Assembly (NCBI RefSeq): GCF_052425735.1
Contig: NC_135762.1
Span: forward strand, 23,870,001 to 23,934,000
Reading direction: 5' to 3'
DNA from: Oculina patagonica
Lineage: Eukaryota
DNA length: 64,000 nt
In this document: positions 25,201 through 37,765 of the stretch, one piece after another
How positions within the stretch are numbered: the first letter of the stretch is position 1
Layout: each line of letters begins with the position of its first letter
Notes under the pieces: model-generated
What the model was told of the DNA's origin: nothing
The model's database searches: none
The model's input: only the letters and a program-made list of their open reading frames with translations
Made by a program: the position numbers and the translations under genes

Positions 25201-26227
25201 GTTTACGCCCAATCTGACTCTGTCGATGAAAACTTACAAATGGACCACACTGTCCGACGTGCCTTGGATTAAATTTGACGCTGAAGAACAAGTGATTTAT
25301 GCCTATCCTGTCGACGAGGATACCATCGGCCTTCACGAGTTTTTAATCATTGCTGCTGATAGTGACGGAGAACAGGACTATGATGCTTTTGAAGTGAACG
25401 TCATGGACGATTCGTCTGATTCTTACAATCATCGGTTTGGTCTTGAGATTGATTATGATTTCGAGAAATTCTCCAGTGACTTAGACATTAGAGTAGAGCT
25501 GCTCTCAAAACTTGCTCAATATTTTGAAGTGAACGCGAGCAGCATTAGAGCCGTCTCATTCACCGAAGGCTCCGTGATCTTCAAGTTCCAGTTCGACTCC
25601 TCTGTTGTCCCGTTCGACAACTGTGACTTTCCTTTGAGGGAGAAGTTTCTCTCTGAAGACGTTGATGAAGATGGTGACAATGTAAATCCTGATCTAAAGA
25701 AAGCTCTCGAACCGGAATTTCCAGTCAAATCTGGCTCGTATGAAGGCCTTGGAGAGTGTGGCGCTGGGGGTGGAGTTGGTCCCGTGACGAAACAGCGATC
25801 GGGTGTATGGAAGACCTACATTATCATCCCGGTAGTGATCTTAGCAATTGTGTTACTGGTCATCGGCGGATGTCTTTTTGTTATCATGCGGTCGCGCCGA
25901 AGACGCAAGCTGTCGCTAGAGGATCAAAAACTTTTCGTGGAGAAAAAGAAACCGGCCGTGCTCCAAGAAGAGTATGAAGTCAAGGAAAGGTTACTTAAAC
26001 AGCCGCTTGTGTTGCCAAACGAGAAACCACCCCTCGCCCCGTCGGTCTATCCGCGAAGCCCGTCCCTAAACCACTCAGCCAGCGAGCCGCCCCAGTCCCC
26101 CGGATACCAGGCCCCCTCCTTCGCTTCAAGCAGACAACCAAGTAATCAAGGAACTCCCGGTGGGAACAGCCCTCGGAAGCCTGCATATTCGGGATACCGG
26201 CTACCCCCGGCTTATGTGCCCCCGTAA
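19210..26227 (+). CDS. DAG1: Dystroglycan-like protein B (canonical architecture, ~884 aa): signal peptide, Ig + S6-like N-domain, long Pro/Thr mucin domain, one CADG + SEA module with Gly-Ser site, TM, basic juxtamembrane motif, C-terminal PPxY
   Basis: Coding exons 19210-19386 (donor ACG|gtaagt), 23297-23816 (ttttag|GTG, donor G|gtaggt), 24270-26227 (ttacag|GG). Total 2655 nt in frame, same intron phases as DG-A. Motifs: AVQATPTP, IPWDTFYDNED, FTEGSVIF, RSRRRRK, YRLPPAYVPP. Confidence 0.92.
21495..21594 (-). mobile_element. Penelope-like terminal repeat fragment with degenerate hammerhead-like motif
   Basis: Minus strand TGACT-CTGAAGA-TGAC...GTC-GAAA-C-GTC-AGTCA (21594-21550). It encodes the spurious MTSAQVVETSVTNNSSFQNY ORF that I recognise as a common coral repeat. 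Confidence 0.55.
21749..22473. mobile_element. Foldback (Mutator-like) element with perfect 9-bp TSD, CGAAA-rich TIRs, internal 21-bp minisatellite and duplicated right arm
   Basis: TSD AGTTATTAG at 21740-21748 and 22474-22482; termini GGCATATACTAAAACCCGAAAC / GTTTCGGGTTTTAGTACATGCC; CCGGTTAGCCTACTATACACT repeats at ~21930-22130; right arm present twice (~22190-22318 and 22319-22473). Confidence 0.85.
24597..24935 (+). repeat. Coding tandem repeat (18-nt unit, PTTTE[K/P/E/R]) forming the mucin domain of DG-B
   Basis: Repeated CCGACNACNACNGAA units translating as PTTTEK/PTTTEP. Confidence 0.85.
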
Positions 26228-27990
26228 GAAAAAGATATATAAAATTAGGAACGTTTTGGTGCTTTAAAAACTGGAAAGAACAAGGACAAAATTCGATGAA
26301 GACTTACAAAACTGGAAAACAAAACATGTTGCCGAAAGATATGATGTAAACTGAACAAACTACAAAAAGGATTTTGAGTTAAAAGCTACGCAAATTTTGC
26401 GCGTAGTTGCCGTGCCTTCTCTCAGTTTATTCAAAATTCTCTGCTCAGAAAGGGGTTGTGATATCGTGCGTGTATATCGGGACACGAATTCTAAGCACTG
26501 CTTAAAAGTAACACGGTAAAAGTTTCAGTTGGGAATTATCGAATACATAAAGCAAAACAAAGTGTGCTTCATAGTTCAAGTTTATTACATTATTTTAGCT
26601 AAATTTATTCTTGTAGTAGTAGTATTCTAAAACTAAACTAAACAAAGTTCCATTTTTTGTCGCAACCAAAGATGCTTTGTTTTGCTCAAGTGTTAAATCC
26701 GCTGTGAAACTGTATTATTTCAAAAGTAACATTCCTTCACGAAATCTCGGCTTCAAAAGGAAAGAAAATGCATTATCCATTTCGAGGATTTACCAAAGAT
26801 AGCCTCAAAAGATTTGCCTCAAATAATCTTGCCAAGAATGCCGTGGCAAATAAAGATAAAGACAAAGAAGATAAGGCCATCCGTATTTTCACATTGAAAT
26901 AGAGCTTTTATAGAGCGTATTGATTTGATAAAAAATTTCCATGTATATCGTAAGAGATCGTATCATTATGAACGCTGTTAATTTTTTGCCAATAATGCAC
27001 ATACCCAATCAGAAAATATATATATGTTTCTATACCAAGGTTATAATCTTTGTATTTGACTACTTCGTTAAAGGCATTAATAGATTAAAGTGATATTTTT
27101 AAACTGATATGTTGCCATAATTGTTAATCCTGCCAAAAGCGAGCGTTAATGCGGGAATGTGGGCGTGTAAAATGGCACTTTACAGTTTATTAAACAAGTG
27201 TCTTAGTTTTACCTCCAGCAGAGTTCATTTAAAACAACACGCAAACGAGGTGCGCGTGCATCTTCTCAAACAATGAGGTGCTGGAACCAAGGCCAGATGC
27301 CTCTCTCCCCACCCAACCCCCCAACCCCCCTTCCCTCTCGCCATTTAGCACTGACTGTTGAAACGATTTCTATTTAAAGCCCGGGCCAAACAAGGATGAG
27401 AGTTGATGAGAGTTCAAATTCTCACTTTTGTTTGGTCTTAAACTCTCATGCACTCTCATCGACTCTCATGTGCTCTCATCGACTTTGATCTTCTCTTTTT
27501 TTATGAGAGTCTATGAAAGTTTTCCCTCGATTGGCGAGAGTTGATGAGAGTTGATCTACGAGCCCGAGTTTTCTATGAGCGAATTGTCAACGAGAGGCAG
27601 CCGTGTTGGAGATCGCTCATAGAAAACGAGGGCGAGTGGTCTAATTGGTTTAGTAGAAACTCTAAAGAATTGCAATCCAACACCTACAATTTTATGCACC
27701 CTTGATCCAAAAATCAAGATTATTGTCCTTTTAAGGAACAACGCGCGCGCGATCATGTTCTTTCAGCGAATAGAATTCAATGGGAGAACCAATCAGATTC
27801 GCTGATTTCCAATAGAACTCGGCCGAGTTTCTACTAAATCGAGTTAGCTCAGACCAAAGGCCGACTATTATACAACTCACAGTTTAATTGGCTATCAAAG
27901 TAAGTCCACAAAGCTCGTGATATCTTCGATACTGTGAACACAACACACGCTTTATTACCAAAAGAATAAATAAGAATTACAATTCAAACA

Positions 27991-28415
27991 TACAGTTGAA
28001 TTCCGATAACTCGAACTCTCGGTAACTCGAACCATTCTCAATTCCCCTCCAGTTCATTTCTTACTAATTTTACCCCCGATAGAGGAGTTTTCAATTGAGT
28101 GTCGTAAAACCAAAACTAAAGTAATTACTCTGGCCAATCAGAAACGACATTGACAATCCAGTGAACCAATCAAAACTCGAAGCAAAAACATGTAGCTGAC
28201 GCGAAGCGCGGGAAAACGTGCGCGAGCGAGTCACGATTGGTTTTTGTTTTAGTTCTGACTGGTCGAGAAAGTGGCGCGAGATTTTTAAACCAATCACTGA
28301 GCGTAGTAATGCAGAACCAAAGCAAACGCAAATTACTTTCGACACTCAAGTGAAAACCGCTCTAACGCGAACCTTTTTCGACTTCCCTTGAAGGTACGAG
28401 TTATCGGGATTCAAT
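27991..28415. mobile_element. Tc1/mariner-type MITE (TACAG terminus) with a second MITE nested at 28082-28362
   Basis: The host motif CCCCGATA|ACNCGAACC is split by an insert with TIRs GAG.AGTTTTCAATTGAGTGTCG / CGACACTCAAGTGAAAACCGCTC and a duplicated TA (28080-28081, 28363-28364). Confidence 0.7.
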
Positions 28416-30330
28416 GCTGGGGGTAATTATAACCTGCGATGGAGCATCCCATCCAGGAAGGGGCAGAAATATAAGACACTTTTATTCTTAGGCCATCTTA
28501 ACTTCAGTAGCTTAATGCCAAGGGAACCGGAACTTGTCACAAAGTTCTTTAGTGAAATCATTTCTAATAAAAATAAAGAACAACTGTCACAACGAGAAGG
28601 AGTTTTAATTTTGTTAAGCTTCAGAACAGTTTCTCTTTCTAGCATAAACTTCACAGAGAGCTGTCAAGGAAGCTGATGAAAGAATAAGGGTTTTGTGCTT
28701 TTTTTCTCTCTCTGGCAATGAGAAACAACTTGATTTAATTTAATGATTAGCAGTGCAATATTATTAAGTGCCAAATTACTATGCGGACAAATCATCCTTG
28801 TTATTAGAATATTAGTGAATCTTACATTTATCATTCATAGTTAGAATTACTAGAATATGTCAGTCGGGGGAATAAGTGCAAATCTTCGTTGATACACTCG
28901 ACGAGTATTTCCGAGTTATTTCATCCAATCAAAAACTAGCGCGAGCGCTCACGAGTACTTTGAAAGCAATTGCACGTACAAATACGTCATGTTGCTTAGC
29001 AACTCCTGGGGCGAAAGCTGCGGGCTCAGTCACTTCTCGGAGAAGTGATGTCGCCATCAACTAGTACTTGTTTCCTCGACTGATGTGTTCGAAATTAAAA
29101 TATTGGCTGTCTGAGGTGACAAAACTGCTGTGCTAAATTTTACCTCAAATGTATTTTTACGTTACGTTTATACAACTAAATAAAAATGGTTTTAGAGATG
29201 ACAGTTAAGAAATTGCAATTTTTAAGACTTTAATGCTCTGCTCTATAATTCCACCCTTCTTTGTTCAGTTCTGTAAAGTTTTCAAAAGTCAAGTCGAAAA
29301 GTGCGTATATATTTCTCGTCCTCAATAGCGGAGCGCGCGAGGTTTAAAAATGGAATGCAAATAATTATACCCCCACGAGGCTCAGACAACACCAGCGTAC
29401 ATTCTGAGAGAAATAGAGGGAATTTAGGTAAAGTTTTCGTTTCAAAAATGTGTTTTGGGAACACCGGATGTTTTAGAAAATGTTTTGGGAAAATCGTCCG
29501 CCATTCCAGTTTGTTTGTCTGAGTCTTGTCTGAGTCATGACGTCACTTGCGCGCTTCGCTATTAAAGAGTATACATTTCACAAATTGTAACAATTTAGCC
29601 TCGACAAATCATAAGATGAGCCCTTTCAGCAAATAAACGCTCGCGCAAAATTGTTTCTTTTGCCCAAATATCACTTGATCACTTGTTGATATCAATGATT
29701 AATTTAACATAGGACAAAAAGTTCTCACCATCCTTTTAAAGTGATAAAAATATAAAATAAAGAAATTGAAAAGATCGAGTACCGTTTAGTACCATAAATA
29801 GCGGTTTTCTTATCTAAACTACCAATTCTATTTACACTTTTTAAATACACTACCAACGTAAGTCCCAACTACTGTACAAAAACCTGGCATCGCACAATTG
29901 CTAAGCTTTAACTGGCAAACCAAACGCCAATTCAAAATGTCCTGAGACTAACGTTTACTGGAATCAGTTTCAAACTGAAAGAGAGAGCATGCGCACTGAA
30001 AAAATGGCTTGAACATTTCTTTACTTTCGCGAAAAGAAAACGGGTTTCTTTATGGAAATTTTGCTTGCGGCCTTTCAAACGACCCATATTTACATTCTTT
30101 TCCAATAAAGCTGAGTAAATTGGTTATGACAATTCAACGTTCGAGTGGTCTTGTTCCAATCATTACGATCTACTCGATCAAACGCCACTTTTGAGTTATT
30201 TTTCACGCCATTCTGGTTCCAACGAACCAAAGGCTTCAAGGCAGTTTGGACCGCTACATTTTATCAAGCGCAGGAACTAATTGCTTCTTGATCTAGAAAA
30301 CTAGCATGCAAATATATTTGTTCTTTTGCT

Positions 30331-33300
30331 CTACGTGACGGGATTGTCGCTTTTGTTAAATCCAGAAAACCATTTTGATACATTCCCGTCTGGCTCCAGC
30401 AAGCCCGAAACCTTGGTTTTGATCAGACCGACCATAGAATTGTCCCTTTCGAATTCTTGTGGACGTTCTTCTTCTTCATCGTCACCAAGTGTGAACACAA
30501 CGGGTGGCTTCTCGCGCGTGTCCCGCGCGTCCTTCGAGTCCCGCGAGAATAGCGTACCGACGTCGGGGAGAAGCGAGTTTCCTTGCCTTGCTTTACTTTT
30601 GCTCTGTGGTTTAGTGCCGTTTGGAATTCCTCCATTATTCCTGCCTCGCCTTAAATCTGGTACAGAAGTGTCAAACGAAGTGAAGAAGTCGTCTTTTGTC
30701 TTGGAGGACTGTTTCCAGCTACTTTTCCTGTCGTATTCGTCATCGTCCCAAAAGTCAAGCGTTGATTGGCTAGAGTAGCTGTTAGATCTCAGTGCGCTGT
30801 AAGGTGGCTTCCTGCGCGGGAGGCGGCCATTACTATACTGATGTGGGTTGGTGTAATCTTGGTACTTGACCTCGTTTAGAGGAAAGCTTTCTATGCCCAG
30901 GCCTCCCTGACCCTTGGTGACCGGGGAGTGATTCTTGATAGGTTTGGGCTTGGCGAGACAGGGAGTGGCTTCATCACCGTCATCAAAATCGTTGTCAAAA
31001 ATCGACTTTTCGTGGTCGGACCGATCTTCGAAGCCATGCTCGCTGGGTGCATCAAAAAGGGAATCAGGGTATTCGTCAGAGCCGCTTTCTCTAGAAGGTC
31101 TTCTATTGCCCTGTTGCTCACCATAATTGGGGCCACCAGAGGGATCTTGGGTCCTCTGATGGTGATCGGAGCTTGTACTATGTCGGCGACCTTGGAAATA
31201 AGTTCTGTTGTGATTATCAGAAGTTAAACTATTTTGGCGAGCTGGGAAATACTGGGAGAGTTCATATTCAGAAGTGGTACTTGGACGACGAATAGACTGA
31301 CGATGCACGGAGCTGTGTCTCTTGAGAAATCGGATCCTCTTCGTGCATAATCGTAGCGTTGTCGTTCACTTCGTGCATCTTCGTACTCCGATGTGTTACT
31401 TGGACGACGAATAGACTGACGATGCACGGAGCTGTCTTCTGTCGTGAAGTCGGAGCCTCTTCGTGCATGATCGTAGCCATGTTGACGTTCCCTTCGTGCA
31501 TCTTCGTACTCATACTCGGATGTGTTACTTGTTTGACGAATAGACTGACTATAGATAGTGCTGTCGTCTTTTGAGAAATCGGAACCTCTTCGTGCATTAT
31601 CGTAGCGTTGTCGTTGACCTTTGTGCATCTTCGTACTCCGATGCGTCACTTGGTCGACGGATAGACTGTCTAACAGAGCTGCCGTCTCTTGAGAAATCGG
31701 AAACTCTTCGTGCATTATCGTAGCGTTGTCTTTCACTTCGTGCATCTTCGTATTCCCGAGGCTTGTAAATGTACGATTCGCTGTCATCGGAATCGTCGTA
31801 GGGAGCCTTTTGATGTCCAACACCCTTCTCTGTCTCAATCTTGCCAGCTGCGTCTTGTGCATCTGTGGAAATATTCAACATGGATTTTCCAAAATCTCGT
31901 AGCTTTGTCGAGAGAGAGGGCGCCAAGTTGCTTGAACTTGTTCCCGCTGCCTCTGTTGGCGCAGAAAGATTGAGCATGGACTTTCCCAGACCTTTCAATT
32001 TTGACGATAAACTTGGCTCAGCACTTGAAGTTCCCCCGAGAGGTTTTGTTGCCTCTTGCTCCGTAGCTTCCGCTTGGGATATGTTCAACATCGACTTTAC
32101 ACCTTTCAATTTTGTAGAAATGTTTTCAGCGATGTCAGCAAAGTTCATGTCTATTACTGCATCCAAGATTGAGGGCTCTTCTTCGTCATTGTTCCTGTAC
32201 GTGTAATAAACAGGAATGTTCAGGGGGGGACGCTCTGTGTCGTCATCATCGTCCCACATGGCGCGAACATCAAACGATCCCTTTTCCCTGTTGAAAGGAA
32301 ACTTAAACGGATTATTCTGCTTGGCTGAATTGTTGGTTTTGTCCGCGGTGGCCGCCATACCCTGTCTGGGCCGATTTGCAGTTGCGTTCGGAATTGTCAA
32401 ATGTTTACTTGAGGGACTACCATTTGGAATATTCGCCTTCCCAGCGAGGCCTTTCTCGTCCTCACCGATGCCATCTTCCTTAGAATTGTTCGCTACTGAC
32501 AGCATCGAAGGATGTCGGTTGTTAAAATGAACGGTGTGCGATGTCCAACCCGTTGTACCATCTTCGTTTCTTCGACGCAGCGTTCGAGGCGTTCTTTTCT
32601 CTTCGGGAACTGGACGCTTAGTTTTGTATTTATTCACTAAACAAGCAATAGTAACCGGGATCCCTACCACACAGAGGAGAATGGCAATAGGCATGAAATG
32701 TTTCAACCAGCCCCATTCAAAAGGAGGGTCTGGTCCGAACAAGTTTGGATCGCAGGCTCCAAAAAACTTGAAGTGCGCGCTTTTGATGGGAAATCTTTCA
32801 GTTAGCGCATCCTGAAACTTGGGTTGAATTGTTTTTGTTTTCTTTGTTTTCTCTTCAAGTATCCTTGCTCTAAGCTTGCTGTAAATGTCTTCATTACAAG
32901 GAGAATAAGGGATATTCACAAATACAAGAGTTAGGTTTCTAGATGCTTTGTCGAACGACTTGAGCAAAATGGACGCTGGTTTTTCGTTGAAACAATAGCG
33001 TGCCAACTTCGAAGCAAAGTCAATTCTCATATTTACCTTTGTCATAAACTGTTGAACGTTTGTGCCTGTAGTTAAAATCAGTTCGTGACTGTACGCAAAT
33101 CCGTTTGCTTTCACAAGTAGCCGCAATAAAATTTCATCTACCAAAGATCCCGTAATGTTGTTAACGAGGATTTTATAAAAGAATGTTCCCGCATTTCCAG
33201 GCAAAGGAAAGCCGTAAACTTCTCGTCTTTTCATATCAAACTGAACCCATGAGGAGGAGCGAATTTTTCCATAGTTAGATGTCTTCATTGTAAAGCGAAG

Positions 33301-33528
33301 ATTAGCAGTATCTCCGTTAACAGCGTCTATAGTTTCTTGAGGAATCGGTATTCGAAATGCCTGCCCAACATGCGCCGTCCCTTGAAAGGATTTTGGCGCA
33401 ACTTTTGTCGTGGCGAGCGTTGAGCGACTCGGGCCGGTGGAACTTGTGCTAATAGAAGATGGAGTCTCGGTCGAATTTATGGACACCAGAGAGAAAAACA
33501 CCTTGAGAACTGTTAGTGCTTTTGACAT
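30331..33528 (-). CDS. Dystroglycan-related type I membrane protein C (signal peptide, one CADG Ig + SEA-like module, TM, long repetitive cytoplasmic tail); frame interrupted at 31618-31313
   Basis: ORF 33528-31597 contains AHVGQAFRIPIP, SSWVQFD..EVYGFP, YSHEL, IPYSPC and FQDAL..FP...GAC, which align by eye with the modules of DG-A/B, then TM FMPIAILLCVVGIPVTIACLV. An in-frame TGA just upstream of the ATG and an acceptor (ttttcag) at 33650 imply a 5'UTR exon start at 33649. ORF 31308-30331 is in the same frame. Length is 963 aa if 31618-31313 is spliced, 1065 aa if both indels are errors, and 643 aa if translated as is. Confidence 0.75.
31258..31756 (-). repeat. ~120-bp x4 coding tandem repeat (EYEDARxERQRYDxARRxSDFS...QSIRRPS) in the DG-C tail
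   Basis: Four recognisable units plus a partial one, visible at DNA and protein level. Confidence 0.85.
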
Positions 33529-36500
33529 TGGAGAAGAAGCTTCTCTGCTTCATGAGAGCGGACGGTTTGTTGAACTGAAGCTCTGTTCTGACTGCTGCTC
33601 ACGGAAAGATCCAGCCAAGTGCGAGATTAAACAATAAATCTTGATACACCTGAAAAAAGTTAAATCCGAGACATGAACAGAACTAATCACTTTTGTGTAA
33701 CTGAAACCGGTACCCAAAACAAAATTGTGTAATGCTTATGTCTACAAGAAGAAAATTAAGATAATAACAGGCATGTTGAAGGAAGGTATAATATAAGGCT
33801 CTGTTTAATTAACGAAGGTTTAACTGGACAAAACAGCACTTGAAAAGTAAAGCAATGTGTTACTGAGATTAAAGTTCGAGTTGAAGGATTTTATTAGCAC
33901 CGAAAATTACATTATTTTATGCTTTTGATAATATCATCCATATCAAATTTTTAGTTCGTAGTTTTTAAAAGTATTATGAAATTTTTTGTTGATTTTTGTG
34001 AAAAGAAGTGCCTTAAAATATGGCGCGTATTGGAGAGTAAATCAAGTCTCGATTGAAAACTATCCGTAACCGCATTTTCATGATTTGTTCCTAAGTCATT
34101 GTGGCTTTTCTAAAGCCTCAAGCGACTCGGTTCTACTTTGTGGCTTCATAACAAAATATACAATGCAGATACAATAAATAAAGATCGTGTCTTGAGCGTT
34201 TTTTTCATTCCATGGCGAAATTAACCTTGCCTTGACATTCACGGGCGCAGATCGCCTTTTTCGTAGACAGAACTGGGGTTGTTGGATGTGAAAATCTGTG
34301 TAAAATTTGTATTACTACTGAATGAATTTTAAATGTTTCGTTTATAAAATTGTTTTGGTACTGGTCTTTGAAGAATTGTTCTAAGTTTTTCCTTGTGCAT
34401 TGCGGCTATGGTTTTGACGTCATCAAGGCATGTTTATACTTTTGGGTAAGACATTTTACTAGTGGGTATCCAATCCAAGGCATTCATTTATTCGCGTCTA
34501 AGGTCCTGGGAAAATAAAACACGCCTTGAGCACGAATTAAAACATCGTTAACATTAAATTCTCGATAATAATTATATTCTTCCAAGGCGCGCGCCATTGC
34601 AAAACTCGAGCTTAAAGAGTTGTAATTTAAAATGGAGTTTTGGAGCACTTATCACCAATGCAAAATTGTTTGTTATTTTGTAATCTTTTGCATTAATTCA
34701 ACGAGCTCCTTTGTTCAATACAAAATCATATCTGCGTCAAGTTTTGCATATAACAACTAATTTTCACAATTAAAGCATGGATTCAAACTGAAGCTTTTTT
34801 AAATATTTGAGAGTATCTGAACAAATCACATCTCAACATCGATGAAATAGACCACTTCGCTCGAGAAACAAACACTAAATCTTTACTTAATTTGCTTAAT
34901 CATTTTCACCTTTAAAATGATTTGGAAAACATCGCAGTATTCGTTACATTTTAAATCAAATTACTTTGATCGTAATCGGTATATTTTTTGCCGGTACCAC
35001 AGGTTTTCAAAAATGACAACAGAACCTTGAAAAGATGAGAATTTTCTTTAATATGAAGCAAAACCATATCGTCATCTTTTTTACACGGCGATATTTTCTT
35101 TTCAAATGTCTGAAATTTTTGTGATCACGATTAAGCAGATGTTTTAGTTACGCGCTGCTAAATAGGAGCATAATTTCCATTGTTGTACAGTACAACATTT
35201 CTGTTTTCATCGAAATTAAGACTATTTGCACATATTATAAAAGTTTACTCAACGAAAAACCTTTGCAAACACTGACGATGTTTGAAATCCTTGCTTAATT
35301 TTCATACCTCCCTCGCATTGAAAAGGTTTGAGAACTTATTATGTGCAAAAATAATGATGCTTTCTTTGTTAAATCCGATGTACTTAAAAGACTCTTTTAA
35401 ATATAGTTTTAAATCAGAAAATCACACAAAATAATTGTTGGTATAGAGGACTGTTTTCGAAACGTTTCCGTTACGAAACTGCACGTTAAAAAACTCTTGA
35501 ATTGCAGAAGAGATAAAATTTTTGTATAATGACTACACCTGCCCCTCCAGAACTATTGTGCAACATTGCAAAAGAATTCCTACCTGCTTACTGAATGGGT
35601 GCTGCAAGGATCTTGTCATTTTAAATCTTTTGCGGCCAGAAAACCTCTCCTAGACTTGGTGAAGCACTTAGAGGGCGCGTTCATCGTTCGAAGCATCATT
35701 AAAGAGCCATTTTCTTACAAAACGCGCTGGGATTCCTTCGCTAAGAAGAAAGTGTTGAATAATTTAGTACGTGAACAAAACTTAATTACACCCCCGTCTA
35801 TACACATGTCTATAATTGTTAGCCGTTGTAACAGAAATATGAAAATTTAATCATGTGCAATTTGATCGCCTCCTTTCTGAATATGCGTTGAGCACAGCAT
35901 GAGGCTATTTTTGACACCAGGGCTCTAGCGCAGTCAAGAAACCGAAGGCTCTGGGGTCGAGAATGGGAGCGCTTGTCGAAGGCATGTGCACAGATAGCGA
36001 ATTCAACTGACTACACGACCATGAACTGAAAGCAGAAACACCAGAATACGGTAACTTTAAAAATGCTTCAGCTAATTACTAAAAACGCTAAAAACGATCG
36101 GCAAAACTAATAAACGCTAGCCGCTAACTACAGATCGCGTAATTCGTAGTTCATTTTTAACAGTTTACTTACCGCGCGCAAGGGCTCACTGACTCGCAAC
36201 AGTACAAATCTCTTCCTCAAATGATCAACTTTTCTCGCGTGAACTACGCCATCCATAATGGTATCTAAATGGTTAGTTTTTTTCTTAGCGTTTAATAGTA
36301 AACTCTCCCTACCTCGCCCTATATAAAAATAGATTCCAATTTGCCGTGCGTCTGTTCAGTTATACCAGATGGCGTCCGGTAAAATTTGGTAGGAACCAAA
36401 AAGACATTTTGACGTCTTCTGTGATCTATAACTGAACAGAAGGACGGCAAAATGGAATCTCTTTGTTTTATATAATAACAGAAGACTTCAGTGCATTTCA

Positions 36501-37077
36501 GTGCATTTCAGTGCTAAAGCAATGCCGCTACCAGTGAGCTAAAGATGCTTTCATTTCACAAAAAAGTTTTCCGCAATCACGAAGTACTGTATGATGGAAA
36601 TATGAAATGTCAACTGAAAAACTAACCTTTATCCCATTTGGAAAGTTGTTTAACTCTTTAAGCTTTAACCTTAGTGTTCAACTGCTATTCATCGATTTCT
36701 CGTGGTGTCTTCAAACTACTCAACATCGGACAAGCACTTACAGCTTTCGATGTTTTTTGAATCAGTCAGTGTCTACTTCAAGTCCTAAGACCTTAAATAT
36801 GTTTTACAACAATGAAGATTAATTTTTATTATTAGGACAATGGAAATTAATTTTTAACACTTCTGTTAACCTTAAGGAAAAGCAACTAACCGTTAATCGT
36901 AAAAGCCACAACCCCATGGACACCCTACTTCAAGCTTGTTTAGCCCAGTGATATGTCTCGAAAGGTGAACGATGTTTGGCTGATTGTTTCTCAGTGTTGT
37001 GGACCTGCAAGTTTTGAAAAACTTTGCCGATAGCACTGATTTGGATAATGAACTCCGATCACGCGCGAGATTCACAC

Positions 37078-37470
37078 GAGTGACGTCATCTGTACATCTG
37101 TATAACTGCACTTTACAGTACAAACAGGGGCAGCAAACATGAAACATGGACTACGCATGGTTTGAAAAGAAAGAAAAGAAACCATGCGTAGTCCACGTGT
37201 CATGTTTGTTGACGCTCTTTTTAAATCGATATGTTTTTAACATGTACAAGTGCACCGATTTTTTTATTTAATCAATTGTAATTAGGTTATCCCGTGGCGC
37301 ATTTTTACACACACGCAGTGACGTCATCTGTACATCTGTACTCTAAAATACAAACAGCGGCAACAAACATCACACATGGACTACGCGTGGTTTGAAAACA
37401 AAAACAAAAAGAAACCACGTGTAGTCTGTGTGCCATGTTTGTTGCCGCTGTTCGAACTTTATTTTTTTGT
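37078..37470. repeat. Direct duplication (~150 bp x2), each copy containing a hairpin
   Basis: GTGACGTCATCTGTACATCTGTA...CATGGACTACGC.TGGTTT...AAACCA.G.GTAGTC at ~37080 and ~37318. Confidence 0.65.
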
Positions 37471-37573
37471 TTAATTGAAATCGCCAAGGAACAATAGTGT
37501 TTATGATCTATACTCTAATAGATGACAGGTATCAACCAATTATAACGCGCGTAGTAGCTCGGTTATTGTTTTT

Positions 37574-37765
37574 AAGAATTGCTTCATGCTTAACGTGCGT
37601 ATATCGAGTTATGAATACACGCGGGGAGTTTGGAGAGCACGAGAGATGCGCAAGAGTTGCTCGAGGTGATAGCCGAGGGCAACTCTAGCTTCTTGAGTGC
37701 TCTCTAAACTTCCCAAGTGCATGCATAACTCGATATACGCACAGCTAAAGCATGAACCAATTCTT
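37574..37765. mobile_element. Palindromic MITE
   Basis: AAGAATTGCTTCATGCTT..GTGCGTATATCGAGTTATG / CATAACTCGATATACGCAC..AAGCATGAACCAATTCTT. Confidence 0.7.

Noticed and set aside
31224-31862. 212-aa ORF as a separate gene
   Set aside because: It is the shifted frame of the DG-C repeat region.
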